Source: Moniliella sp. 'wahieum' | Lineage: Eukaryota | DNA length: 64,000 nucleotides | NCBI GenBank assembly: GCA_003971905.1 | Contig: RSEE01000128.1 | Span: 62,001-126,000 of the forward strand | Direction of reading: 5' to 3' | In this document: positions 12,460 through 25,147 of the stretch, piece by piece | Numbering within the stretch: position 1 is the first letter of the stretch | Layout of the letters: the number at the start of each line of letters is the position of its first letter | Translations under genes and position numbers: made by a program | The notes under the pieces: model-generated | What the model was told of the DNA's origin: nothing | Seen by the model: the letters and a program-made list of their open reading frames with translations, nothing else | The model's database searches: none

Positions 12460-13145
12460 GGAGGTGGCGCTGGGGGGGGGAAGCGGCTGGCGATGGGGCG
12501 CGGTGGGGGGGTGCGGCCTGGGTCCACTTGCCCACGCGCCGCCTGCGATGCTGAGCGCTAACCAACACGCCGACACGGCCGCTGCCGGGCGGGGGCAGCA
12601 TGTGCACAGTGGCCTGCTGCTGCCTGCATCCGGTGGGCGCTGGGCCAGTGTGTGGGCCTGCCCTGGCGGCCGAACACCGCGGCGGCCGGGCAGGCACCAC
12701 ACCGCACGCGCCGCGCGGCACGCAGCGCACACAGCCCTCTGCGGGCCGGCCACGCACCGGCCGACGCAGCCAAGACGGCACAGACGGCCGCCGCGGTCGA
12801 TCCAGGCGGCAGGCGCTGGGGCGTGGTGCCTGCCGGGGCGTGGTGCCTGCCGGGGCGTGGGCACTGGGCCGCTGCGGAGTGTGCGTCTTGGCCGGCGCAG
12901 GGGGTGCTTGGCATTGGCCTGGGCGCGTGCCTGGCGCAGCGTGTGCATTGCATATTGCAGCCTGCATTGCATCCTGCATGGCATCCACCCCGCTGCCCTC
13001 CCGCCCAGCGGTCTTCCTTCCCCGCCCCACCGGCCATCCGCAGCGTCCCCCGCCCCACGGCGCCTGTCGTCTGCCACACATCACACGCCGCATGTCACGC
13101 ATGTCACATGTGATGTGCCCCATCCCCTTCCCGCGGCAGGCGCAC

Positions 13146-13159
13146 CAACCCTAGTGCGG
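13146..13159 (+). promoter_or_regulatory. CAACCCTAGTGCGG element about 125 bp upstream of the PFD6 ATG
   Basis: Exact inverted copy of 10494-10507. Confidence 0.45.
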
Positions 13160-13285
13160 CTGCGCAGCCTGTCCTCTGCCACGTCATCGCTCCCTCTGGT
13201 GTGGGCGTGCGTTCCGCCCCCGCGTTCCGCCCCAGGGCCTGCTCGCTTCCCGCCGCCGCCGCTCGCTCGCTCCGCAACCCCAACC

Positions 13286-13768
13286 ATGGCCGCCCTCCCG
13301 CCCGGCGCCACGCCGCGCAGGAAAAGCTGGTCGAGCTGAGCCGCGAGTTCAAGAAACAGCAGGCTGGTGCGTGCTTGTGCCCGGCGTGCGTCTGCGTCGC
13401 CCGCGCGCCCTCGACTGACCTTGGCGCCGATGCCTGATGCAGAGCTCGCGGCCCTCATCGATGCCCGCCAGCGGCTCGAGATGCAGGCCACCGAGAACGA
13501 AGGCGTGGAGACCCAGCTGCGCGCCCTCGCCGAGCACGACGTGGTGTACAAGCGCCTTGGCCCGGCGCTCCTGCCCACCCCGGCCGACGAGGCGCGGGAC
13601 AATGTGGCGAAGCGCCTGGGCCTGATCCGCGGCGAGCTGGAACGCACCGAGGCCAGATCGCGGCCGGGGACAAGGCACTGGCGGCGCAGCAGACGGCGAT
13701 TGCCACGGTTGCAGCAGGTGATTGCAGCGCTGACGGACGAGGGGAGTGTGTTGCCCGCGGCGGCGTAG
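13286..13768 (+). CDS. YKE2: Prefoldin subunit 6 (beta-type), intron 13367-13442
   Basis: EKLVELSREFKKQQA|ELAALIDARQRLEMQATENEGV..VVYKRLGPALL..EARDNVAKRLGLIRGELER. Confidence 0.9.
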
Positions 13769-13865
13769 GCGGCGGCGAGTGATGCTATGAGGATGCAGAC
13801 GCGTGTGCGTGTGTTTGGCTGGCTGGGGCGGGTAGGCCTGGATAGGACGGGAGACAGAGGGGGGT

Positions 13866-13940
13866 GGGCATGGGCATGGAGATGGAGATGGGCATGGCGA
13901 TGGCGATGGCGATGGCGATGGCGATGACGATGACGATGGG
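13866..13940. repeat. Hexanucleotide microsatellite (GATGGC/GATGGA)n
   Basis: Directly visible; it produces the spurious MGMEMAMAM ORF start. Confidence 0.9.
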
Positions 13941-14190
13941 CACGGACATGCCCATGGGCATGGCGCCCTTATTATGGCAGAAGACAGGCAGACGTGGGTT
14001 GGGCTGCGCTGTGCTCTGGGCCGCTCGGCCCGGAGCAGGGCAGTGTGCTTGGGGCGGGCACGGGGCCAGTGTGGCGGCTGGACAATGTGGCGCGCATCAG
14101 CCTCTGCGCGCATTCGCATTCACCCCGCCGGCCCAGCCAGCGTGCCCTGCGCCCCCACCACCACCACCACCGCCTCCTCCCCCCGCTCCC

Positions 14191-17100
14191 ATGCCTGCTG
14201 GCGCTCCCGGTGCCGCCGCTGCTCGTCCGGCGCCGCCTGGACCCCCCTCGGCACAGGCGCCGGCGTGCGCGGCGTCGGCGTGCTCGCCTACGCGCCTGGC
14301 CCCGACGCCCCCGCCCACGCCGCGCCTCTGCAGGTCGGCGACGAGGTGTACGCCATCGAGTCCCACCCGGCCGGCTGGCTGCGCGCCTTTGTCGCCCTGC
14401 CCCCCGCCGCCACCGCCGCCACCCACGCCCCGCCCCAGCTCGTCCTCGGCGTCCTGCCGGCCTCCCACGTCCACCTCCGCCCGGCCTCCGCCCCGCCGCC
14501 CCGCCGCGGCCACGCCGTCGCTCCCGCTGGCGCTGCCACTGCCCACGCTCGGCGCCTCCGACGCGACAGCCGCCCAGGAGCCCCTGGTCGACGAGATCGC
14601 GGCGGCCGTGCGCGAATGGCGCTCCCTTCTCTACGCCTACATGGACGCCCGCGAGTACTCCCTCTTCACCACCGTCAACACCCACATCACTGCACTCCTT
14701 CATATCCGCCGCCAGCTGCTCGCCCACACCCTCGCTCCCCACGAGCTCGCCCTCCTGCGCCGCACCGCTGTCTGGCGTCTGGTGCGTGCCAACATGGCCC
14801 AAGCACTCGATGTGATTGCGCGCCATCCGGCCACCGGCCAGCTCATTGATGTTGCCCGGCAAGCACAGCCGCCCCCGCCCCCACGCCTCTTGGCCCGTTC
14901 TCCCCATTCGGCTGGTAGCATTGCTTCTCCAGCCGCCGAGCCGGACGCTGCCTCGGTCGCTGCTGCTGCCGGCCGTCTTACATCTCTGGCGTCCGACTCT
15001 TCTCGCTTCAAGCCGCCCTTGCCTATGCCGATCAAGACGAGGCTGGCGCGGCCGAGTCGGTGGAACTGCTCGAAGCCTCCGCCCCTCCTCCTGGTGGCGG
15101 CGGTGCCTTTGGCTCTGCCCCGCAGGGCACGCCTGGATATGCATCCGCACTTAGCCCTGGACCAGCCCGCCGACGACGGCAGCTTCGGCGGCTGCGTCCA
15201 CCACAGCTTCCTCCCGCTCCCGTTCCATCTCCATGGCCGCTGGACGAGGTATGGGAAGCCATCGAAACTCACTCGTCCCCGTTTCTCGTCCCTCTGGCCT
15301 GCTCCCTTCGAGCTCGGCACCCACCGCCTCTACGCCCAGCAGCACGGGCCCCTACGGCGGCTCCGTCTCTGGTGGTGCGACGAACCCAGCGACGGGGGTG
15401 CCGCGTCAGATTCAGGCTCCGCCTCCTCGGCCCAGGCGCAGTATTTCCACGTTTACATGGACGTTCGCACCTTTTCGGCCTCGCTTGCGGCCCCCGGTGA
15501 ACTGGTCGAGCTGTACTTTAGTTTGTACAACCGCGCCGAGGGCACCTTTTTGACGGAGGAATACGTCATCATCCTCGGACCACCGGGCGTGCTCTAACGC
15601 GCCTCTGACGGCAAACGAACCACTTCACCACGACGGCGGCCATGCGCCCCCGCCGAGTCTGGCCCCGGCGGGTCGGGCGGTGGGATGAAGGTTCTGTTTA
15701 CCGATCTCAGTCCCAACGATCTGTCGGATCTCAACTTGGTCTGTCGCATCGTTCGCTGTGGTGCTCTGCGCAACTCGCCCGGAGACGTCCGCACGCCTCT
15801 CACTGGTGCGTCGTCGACACATCGTCCCCCCCACTCGCACCATTCCTTGTTGGGCGGGACCTCGGGCGAAGCTTCTGCCCACCCTACCGTGGCAGAACAG
15901 CGTGCCCGCTTGACGCACATGACTGCACCCAATGTCTTCCGTCGGCCCTTTGGTGCTGCAGTGCTCGAGTTGGGCGCCTACCATCAATTCTCTCTCGACG
16001 CTAGCACCTCGTCCCCCTTGCGGGACCATACCATGCCGATCTTGTGCCCCGCGCACGAGTCGGGCTTTGCCCACTTGCACAAGGACATCATCGCTTCTCG
16101 CACCAAGTTGCTCGAGAGCTCCTCGCGCGCCGACAATGTGCAAGTCCAGATCAAAGTCCTGTATGGGGACGTGCCCTCTCGTCCGCTCTCACTCGGCCCT
16201 CCTGGCGGATGCTACCCGTGCTGCGCGTCTGGGCTTCCCTGACGTCGTCTTCCCGGGTGACCAGCGCAACGAAGCGTACCTTACGCTCTGTGCGGGCGAG
16301 TTGCCGCTGCGTTGAGCGCCTCGGGCGGCATGACTTCGCTTCCTACGCGCAACATTCAGGTCTCAGTGGAAGTGCGGGACCGGGTAGGAAAGCGGATTGA
16401 GGGTGCTATCTCGCGCGGCGCAGGCGCACCCGCTGTCTCGATCTACGATTCGCTCGTGCTCCCTTCCAATGGCGCTCCCGTCTGGGACGAGCTGGTCAAG
16501 CTGGACTTGCCCGACGACCGTATGGAGCAGTGCCATCTATTCTTTACCGTGCGCAACCGCTCGCCTGGCCATGAGGAGAGCAAGGAGGAGGACGCAATTG
16601 CGTATGGGTTCCTTCCACTGTTTGAAAAGTCCAAAGCGTTCATTGCCGATGGCGCCCACCATCTCACCCTCTTCCGTTCTACCCGGCACGGCGCCTCGCT
16701 CAGCCCTGAACTCTACTTCCACGTCACGCCAGTCTTGCCATGCGCTCCTGCCCCCGGGCACGGCTCCCGTCGGCGCGGCTGGACCCACCTCGGCGCCAGC
16801 GACCACAGACCTCGTCCGCCGCACATCCAATCCGTCCTTGTGCCCCTCGCTGCGCGCCGGGCCCCACCCTCGCTCGCACCCGTCCGAGACGGAAGCCGGG
16901 GTGGTGGTGGGCGACCGCGACACGCTCGTGGTCAAAACGTTCCTTGTCTCCACACGCTACACGCAAAACGAGTGGGTGCTCAAGCTGATTCATTGGAACA
17001 CGGAGCTGGACAATACCCAAGTCGAAGCACAGCTGCGGCAAGTGTTGGCCCAATTTGCGTTTGTGGGCGAAGTGGAGATTGTCAAGTTTTTACGAGACAT

Positions 17101-20100
17101 TTTCGATGCGTTGTTTGCCATCCTTGTGTCCTCGTTGAACGTCGGCGGTGGCTTTGATCCCATCCTGTTCAATGCGCTGGTTACCGTGCTGGGCATCGTA
17201 CAGGACCGAAGGGTACGTTGTTGCATTTGTTGACCTTACTGTTTGCCATTCGGCTGCCCCCCCCCCCCGCCGCCATGCGGATGAGACGGTACTGATTTCT
17301 GTTCTTTTTTTTTGGTTTTTTGCCCACAGTTTATGAACTTTCGTGCTACGCTCGACGTGTATGTCGAACAGCACTTCCGCTTCACCAACGTGCATGTGCG
17401 CCTTATTAGCTCGCTGCTTCGCTTGCTCCATGACCCTGGGCAAGCCGCCACGTCAAAGGACTTGCGGGCATCAATCAAGGTGTGGCCCTACCTGTTCCGG
17501 TTCATTGTCCAGTCGCGTGAGAACCAAAAAGTGTCCGCCTCCTGTCAGATTGGCGCTGGCGCCGTCAACGAACACCTCGAGGCCAACTTTAAGCACGACC
17601 TCCGCCAGGTGCTCACCGGCATCAACCGTCTCATGTCGACGACCAAGCCGACGGCCATTATTGGTACCCAGACATTGGCCTTGCAACACTTTGCTGGCTC
17701 GTACCCTGATCTCCTCCGCGTTTTACCCTCGACGAGATGGTCCAGATCGCCACGTCGTTCACCGACGCAGCGTTCATAACCAAGGGCAAGATGGCGATCT
17801 GGAAGCTGCTCCACATTCTCCAGTTGGTCTCTGGGGTGCTCTTTGACCACCCCGTCTCACGAGCCGCGTTGATCCCCTCTGTCGTACGCTGGATCCGCCC
17901 TCATTTGGGCACGTTTGAGCCCCTCCACCGGGCGGGCCTGAGACGGAGCAGACCCAGGCGGCTTGCGACGGAGCGCGCGTGATTTGGCTCGAATCCGCCA
18001 CACTCGCCGTCAGCGTCTTGGCTGTCATCCTCGACCGTCTTCACGTCCAGATCGCATCTCTGCGCGCCGAGCCTTCCGAGTCGGCGCACGGCCACTTGCC
18101 TTCGGCACCTACCTCGGCTTCGGCCGTGGCAGAGTTACGGCAGGAACTGGATAACATTGATTACCTCTTGTCGTCGTTACCGCCGTTGCTGCAGACGTAC
18201 CAGGAGTTGGCTTCACCCGACACGGCACGCACGTTTGAGCGGCACCGAACGCCGAGCACCGTACCTTCCTCCATGCCGATCATCTTCCCTTCTTCCTACC
18301 CCTTTGCCCTGGTGGCCCGCCTGCCCATCGTGCAGCACGTCCCTTCGGCCGCACGCGCCGCGCATCGCCACCGCTCCACCTCCATCGCCTCGGCGCGCGA
18401 CATGCGCGACGAGCTGGCGCCTGCCCAGCCCTACCTCAATTGCGGCTTGGGCTCCATGGCAGCCGTGATGAACGTGCTGTTGGTCCTGAGCCCAACGCGG
18501 CACATTGCCCAGTTCTTGGAAGAACAGCTGGACGTCTCGGGCGCAGCGGCAGTAACGATGCTGATCAAAGAGTACTGTGCGGTAGCCCACTCGCTGCTGT
18601 CGCACCAGGCCTTCCCTTCCACGTGGCTCAACGTGACCATCTTGACGCACCAGATGGTGTTGAAGATGCTTGGCCCGCTGTCGGAACTGTTGTTGGATCG
18701 GTTTGTGCCCTTGCCGCCGCACGGCAAGCCTGAGGAGTTTGATGCGTCGCTCTGGTCGGCGGTGCTTTCGCTGCTGATGAAACTGTTGGCGTCGCCGCTG
18801 TTGGCTCCGGAACGGTTCGCACCCCAGCGACGCCGCGTCATCATCCAGTTGGCAGGCGACCTGCGCACGCAAGGTGGAGCTCTCCTGTTCCGTCTGTGGA
18901 ATGCGCTGGCTGCTTGTCCCCGCCGACGCTCGGGTCGGGATCAGCTTTGCGCGACGCTGCCCATCTGGCGCGCACGCAGGACGAAACGTTGGCAACGGGC
19001 GGATTCCAAGTGCAGTTCATTCCTTCCCTCGTCGAGCCCGTGGTGGAACTGTGCTTGTCGGCGCACGACGCGTTACGGACGTGCGCGGTGCGCATCTTGG
19101 CTACCATGATCACGTCCCAATGGCACTTTGAAGGGTCGTTCAGTGTGATTGTGGACCCCGTGATCGACAAGCTGGATGCCGTGTTCATGTCGGCTTCGGC
19201 GCCGCCGCTGGCGGAAGAAGAGGAGCGACGGACCTCGTGCCGTTCCTCGCGGAGCTGCGCACGCTGTTTGAGGGCGGCGAGGTGGATCCGGCGTTGCGCC
19301 AAGCAGTGCAGGAATCGCTCACGTCCGTGACCCAGTTTGTTGCCCTGATGGTTGCCGTGCGTGCCGTGCCGCCCGGCCCGGGGTTCGAGGACGAGCACAT
19401 TGCGGCCATGTTCAACTTGCTTGGCTTTTTGGAGCGGGCCAAGCGCCCTGCGGCCTTTGCCACGCATGTGCTCCACCTCGTCAACCTCCATCTCGCGCGC
19501 CAGTCCTGGACCGAGGCGGCGCTGACGCTCAAGCTGTATGCGGACCAATTGGAATGGTCGCCGAACGTGCCCGTTGCCGCTGCGCCCGAGAGGGGCTGCC
19601 GGCGCAGACCAGCTTTGCACGCAAAGAGACGCTGTGCTTGCTCATTCTCGACTACCTCAACCGCGCCCAGGCATGGGAAATCGCCACGGACATTTGTCGC
19701 GAGCTGGCGGCGCAGTACGAGTACACATCGATCAACTATGCGCGTCTGTCGGGCCTGCTGGTGTACCAAGCCGGTCTGTTCACCCGCATTGCCACGGCCG
19801 AACGGTCGTTCCCATCGTACTTTTTGGTGGGCTACGTGGGTGCCTCGTGGCCCATGTCGCTCCGCGGCCAGTTCTTCGTGTACCGCGGCGGCACGGGAGC
19901 GGGCGCATGGGACACCCTGCCCTCCTTTAGCGAAGCCATGCAACAGGCCCATCCGCGGCCACCGTGGTGCGCACCGCCGATCCTTTTGCCCCCGTGCGTA
20001 CGAGCGACGAGCGGACGCTGCTCATCACGACGCTCGAACCCGAACCGGATCGGTCCCAGCCCATGTTTACTTCGGCCGAGGCACCGGCGCTGGCGCGTGC

Positions 20101-21554
20101 CTACCGCGAACATTCCGCTACCGACACGTTCTCCTTTACCCGTCCTCTGCGTTCTCCCCGCCCGGCCGACCCGCAGGCCAGCTCCGACTCGGAGGGCGGC
20201 GCGACGCCCAAGGTTCGCCCGGGGCTCGACGCGACGGAAACGTGGATGGAAAAGACGTTTGTGCGGTGCGAGGATGCGTTGCCCACGGTGCTGCGCCGCT
20301 CCTTGGTGGAGCATACCGAGACGATTGTCATTTCTCCGCTGGAGAATGCGCTGGGCGATCTGACGCGCAAGACGACCGAGTTGGAGACCTTGGTCAACAA
20401 GTACGAGACCCAAACCGTCGCCAAGCCCACGACCAACCGATTGGCCATGGAACTCAATGCAGCCGTCGACGCGCCTGTCAATGGTGGGATTCCGTACGTG
20501 TGCTACTGCCCCCCCCCCCTCTTCTCGCTTGCGAGGCGTGTTCCTGCTTGGACGCGAGTACTGACCCAGCCGCAGAATGTACAAGCGCACGTTCTTCTCC
20601 GCCGACTATATCGCTGCGAATCCAGACAAGGCGCTTCAGCTCCAAGCGCTGCACGAGGCGATTGACCGCCAAGCCATGGTTCTGTATCGCGGCATCCGTA
20701 TCCACTCGGTGCTCTGTCCGCCCGAGATGCGTCCGTTCCACCATACGCTCGAACGCTTCTTCCGCCAAAACTTTGCCGAAGAGTTGACGCGCCTTGGCCT
20801 GGACCTGGACTTGGCCCCGCTCAGCCTATCTGCACTGGGCACCAACGCGTCGGACTCGACGGGCTCGCTACCGAGCGCACGTGCGCGCAACCTGCATGGT
20901 CGCGACGGCGAATTGCCACTGGCGACGCGCGCGCTGGGATCGACGCCATCGCCACTACAAGTGCACACGGACCATTTGCTTCGCGACATTCAGTACCGTG
21001 GTGGTGTGATTTTCTCTGCCGTGCCCGCCATGGACTCTACCACGCTTGTCCCCAGCACAGTGGATGACGCGACGACCATGGGCAGTTCCACCCAACTGCT
21101 CGAATCCTCTGCGCCCACCACGGTGTCCGCCTCGGTGCCTAGCTCGAGCCAACGTGCTGGCCCGCGTACCACGCGCGGCGCCACGTTTGGCTCGTCGGTC
21201 GTGTCCGTGTCGGCCAAAGGCGCGCCGGCGCCAAACAGTTCCCACCAACGCGCCGCGTCGATGCGTGCTCGGCCGGCCCAGCGCGCTGGTTCAACCCACA
21301 CCACGGGTACCGGCACCAGTTTCGATGCGCTCTCTGCGGGCGGGAGCACGATTGAAGAAGCGCCGTCTCCGCCGGCGTCGGGGCGGGGTGGCGCTGGCGA
21401 AAATGGGTACGCAGTCGCGTCGGGCGACGGGCCGGGGGGAAACGCGTACGGGTACCCGGCACCGGTCCGACCGCCTCCCGCGGCCTCATCCAAGTTGTGG
21501 GGGGGGCCGTCGAATCGGCTGTCGAAGCTGATGATGGGCCGGGCCAAGAAATGA
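14191..21554 (+). CDS. DOCK180-family Rac GEF (SH3-like, DOCK_N, C2/DHR-1, DHR-2); introns 17213-17329 and 20494-20575; many frameshifts
   Basis: SH3-like LQVGDEVYAIESHPAGWLRA; DOCK_N EPLVDEIAAAVREW..LDVIARHPATG; C2 segments FRRPFGAAVL and NGAPVWDELVKLDLP..CHLFFT; EIVKFLRDIFDALF; DHR-2 ISPLENA and AVDAPVNGGIP|MYK (nucleotide-sensor VNGG). Confidence 0.93.
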
Positions 21555-21708
21555 GGAGGATTTCGTCCCATGTTTCCCCCGCGGCGCGTGGGGCGTCGCT
21601 TGTGCCCTCTTGTTGGTGCTGGGCATGGCCATCGGTGTCCATCCCATCCCTCCCAGCGCATGCGGCAGAGAGCGAAGAAGATGTGCGAGACGTACCCGGT
21701 GCCCGTTG

Positions 21709-21760
21709 CTTTGCTTTGCTCTGCTGTGCTCGTCTCTGCTCTGCTCTGCTCTCTGCTTTC
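21709..21760. repeat. Pentanucleotide microsatellite (GCTTT/CTCTG)n in the DOCK 3' region
   Basis: gctttgctttgctctgctgtgct..ctctgctctgctctgctctctgct. Confidence 0.75.
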
Positions 21761-22325
21761 CCCTCTCCCCTCCTCTGTTCCTCCCCGCCTCGCCTCTGTA
21801 TCCTCCCTTGGCTCTGTTTCGCTCCTTTTTCCCAACCCATCTTTCCTTGGCTTCTCCCCTTTTCCCCTGGCATACCCTTCCTTTTTCCCCTGCCCCCCCT
21901 GTGCCCCTGCAATCCGATCGATCGTCTGGGGCCTCAGCCAAGCGTCTGAGCGGGTGCACAGAGGGCGTGTGGGGACGCGCAAGTGGTAGTAGACGCGCCA
22001 ATAACGCGTAAGGAGCAGTAGATCGGATTCCTTGCCCGCCAGACGTAGCTGACCCGATGCAGGCCCAGGACGGCGCACATCAGGATGGATAGGTGATGGC
22101 CAGGAAGGACAGGATGGACAGGAGGCGAAGGTGCAGTGGCAAGCCCAACCCGTCCTCGCCATCTCGCCTCTCGCAGCGGATGGGCCGATGTGCGCGCCAC
22201 ACGCTACGCCTGCTACAGCACATGCGCCGCCGCGCGCCCATCCGGCTCGGTGCACTTCTCTCTCCTGCTGTCGTGCTGGCCAGTCGCCATCGCCATCGCC
22301 ACCATCCGCGACGAATGCGAATCAC

Positions 22326-23090
22326 ATGGATCCCCAGTCTCTTGATCATAGCTCTCCACTGTACAACTCCAAGTCGTTCCCCCCGCCGGCGCCATCAGCG
22401 CACCAGCCCCGGCGGAGCGGAGGCTACAACGTCCCCTCGTCTCATCCACGGGTCGCGGCACAACGCCCCTGCCGCAGTCCCGATGATTGTAACGCCGACG
22501 ACGACCATGACCACGACGACGTCGAGGAGAGAAGCTGCTGCCCATGGTGTTCCTGAGTCGGCACAGCGGCCGCGCCTACATTTCTACCAGTCAGTCCCGC
22601 GAGTCCGTTGGTTTCTCCCTCTTCGCACGTTGGCCTACGTTGCACGGCTGACCTACCTGTTTCCTTGGTTCCTAGGACTGTGCTTCTTTGTGCCAAAAAG
22701 CACTCTCGTTTCGATTGCCTCTTCCCCGGTAAGCACAGAGATCGTGGCAAGCCTTGCACGGCTAGGCAGGACCCCAGCAACGCTGCCTACAATGTTTCCA
22801 TCCCGTCACCCCCCCGTCTCACCGTTTCTGTCGCTCTGCGCTGGCCACGCCACGCGCCACTCTGGCCATCTCCCCGATCGCTCGAACCCATCCGGGATGT
22901 AGATCCTGCTAGTGGGCCAGCGGGGTTGGTATTGTCAGTACGCCGGCAAGGCGCGAATGCAAGCTTTGCATTTTTAGATAGAGGGCCGTCGGCCAAGTTG
23001 CCAACCACGTCCCACCCTTTCTCTAGCACATCCGCCACTGCATCCACTGCCGCCACCAGGGAGGCTGCCAGGCCGTGGTGGCGCACATAG
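22326..23090 (+). CDS. Hypothetical spliced protein with a probable CX2CX3HX4C zinc knuckle; intron 22590-22675
   Basis: GTCAGT donor, GCTGAC branch and TAG acceptor. The spliced frame reads SGRAYISTRLCFF, and one extra T in the run at 22687-22689 gives CFFCAKKHSRFDC. Confidence 0.45.
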
Positions 23091-23298
23091 GCGCCTGCGC
23101 CTTGGAGATGGTGGCCAGCCGAGGCGGCGGCTAGGTAGGTGGTGTGGGCTAGGGAGAGGGACTGGTCTCTCCATCGCGTTGTGGGCGGGGATGTCCACCA
23201 AGGTTGGCGCGCCAGACGGTGGCCGGCATACGACCCCCAGACGTCAGTTGCGATCCAGGGTGGTCCTCGGTGGGGTGCGTGGGGTGGGCGGCACCAGG

Positions 23299-24769
23299 CT
23301 ACTTTCCCGCGACGGGTCGGGCGGGTGGTGGGACGCACGAGCGGTCCGTGCCGCCACGGGCAAAGTGACGAGCGCGAGCGTCGGCAACGAGGAAACTGTA
23401 CCAGATGAGCGTGATGGGGATGGTGGCGCAGTGCCAGAGAGCGTGTGCGTCCAACAAGCCACAGCGCGGGAAAGTCCAGCAGTTCCAACGAGCTGGCAGC
23501 GACCATGGCCACGGCCAGGAGGTAGAGCGTGCGCTGCGTCGCGCAGCGGCGTTATCTCTGGTTGGCTCGGCCAGGAAGCGGGGAAAGCGGACTTGGCCGA
23601 GGGCCGCAGGTCGTGCAGGGGGAGCGACGCCTGTCGCGGTGAGCCGCGGACCATCGTCCGGCTCAAAGGCAGAGGTGTGGCCGTGGACGGGGCGGAGACC
23701 CATCTCAAACTGCTGCGGTTCCTCGTGCAGAGGCACGCTGGAGGGAAGCGGGAGATGCGCACGGCCGGCTTCCCACCCGCCCGTAGAGCGAGGGGCGAAT
23801 GGCGTAGGCCAACAGCGCCAGATCTGCGCCAGGGCCACCACAACATTGGCCGTCATGTTGTACTGGTAGTCGAACCGGCCCAGGGAGAGGTAAGAGACGT
23901 GCAGGATGTAGGCCAGCACGCACACGAGGGCCAGTTGGTAGTACCCCGTTGCGGTCGGCCGTCGACCGTGTCGGTGGCGGGGAGGGAGGTGGCGGGGCGG
24001 GCGGCCCAGCGCAAGAGGCGGACGATGGTGAGGAAGAAGAGGTGCAGGACGGCGGCGCCGGCCGAGAAGTAGTCCATCTTCTCGGTCCAGGCCTTGTCGC
24101 GCGTGTGGAAGACGGCGGACCAGGTCCAGGCATTGAGGTTGACCAGTGCGTGGCCGAGGTAGAGGGGCTTGAGCGGGAAGGCGTCGGGGACCTCGGTCCA
24201 GACGCGCTGCAGGCCGTACAGGTGGGGCCCAGTTGCCCAGGCTAAACAGGACGCTCATCGGCTCTTGGGCGCCGGCGAGACGGACAAAGACCCACTTGCC
24301 GTGGTACTGCACCATCTCCTTCTGGATCAACGGCAGGCCGGCCAAGGAGGCAGTCACCAGCTCCTCCTCCTGCTGCGTGCGCGGGGTCGGCCGGGGGTCG
24401 GCCAGGCGGCACGGCGCCGGCGCCGCCGAGGAGGGCGAGCCGATGGCGGACCTGGGCGCGGATGTTGGCGACACGGCTCTCGGCCTCGTTGGTGATCTGG
24501 TGCATGCAGTGGTACTCGCAGTCCTCCTCGCATGTCCACCCGGTCAGGCGGAGGAAGAAGGGGAGGCGGCGGGGGTGTTTGGCGAAGCGGCCGGTGCGGC
24601 CATCGTCAACGCCGTCGGGGCCACAGACGTCGGCGATGCGGGAGGCGACGCAGCGCTGGAACTCGTCGGAGCGGTCGCCGAGGGAGGCGGAGGCGGAGGC
24701 GGCGCAGAAGAGGAGGGCGAGGAGGAAGAGGAGGAGGCGGGCGGAGGAAGGCAGCGTGGTCGGGGCCAT
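23299..24769 (-). CDS. PER1: Per1/PGAP3 GPI-remodelling phospholipase A2-like membrane protein; frameshifted
   Basis: Signal peptide followed by ASLGDRSDEFQRCV, LRLTGWTCEEDCEYHCMH, QYHGKWVFVRLAGAQEPMSVLFSLGN, EKMDYFSAGA, FDYQYNM and LDAHALWHCATIP. Confidence 0.95.
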
Positions 24770-25147
24770 GGCGGGGGCGCCCGGGCGGAGGCGGGGGCGG
24801 AGGCGGAGGCGCTGGCGGACACGGCGCTGGCGATGGTGATGGCGTGGCTGGCGCGGCGATGGCGGGAGCGGGCGGGAGCGGGCGGGAGCCAGCGGGAGCA
24901 GCCGGAATCTCCACGTCATTCGTCACTTGTCACTTGCAATCGCCCGATCTTCTTGGGGCTGTCGAGTGTTAGTTCCATTTGACGACGGATGGCAATGCAA
25001 CGAATGACGCAAGCGGCCAAGTGCCGGCTGAGATCAGGCGAGATGGTCGGCCGACGGTTCCTGCCGACCGGGGTTGATAAACGAGCGTCTCCGCCTCCGC
25101 CTCCGCCTCCGCCTCCATCTCCGCCTCCATCTCCACACCCCCCCCCC

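Noticed and set aside
11495..13123. 500+ aa Pro/Arg/Ala-rich ORFs extending upstream of the hydrolase
   Set aside because: Stop-poor GC-rich promoter DNA fused to out-of-frame parts of the real gene.
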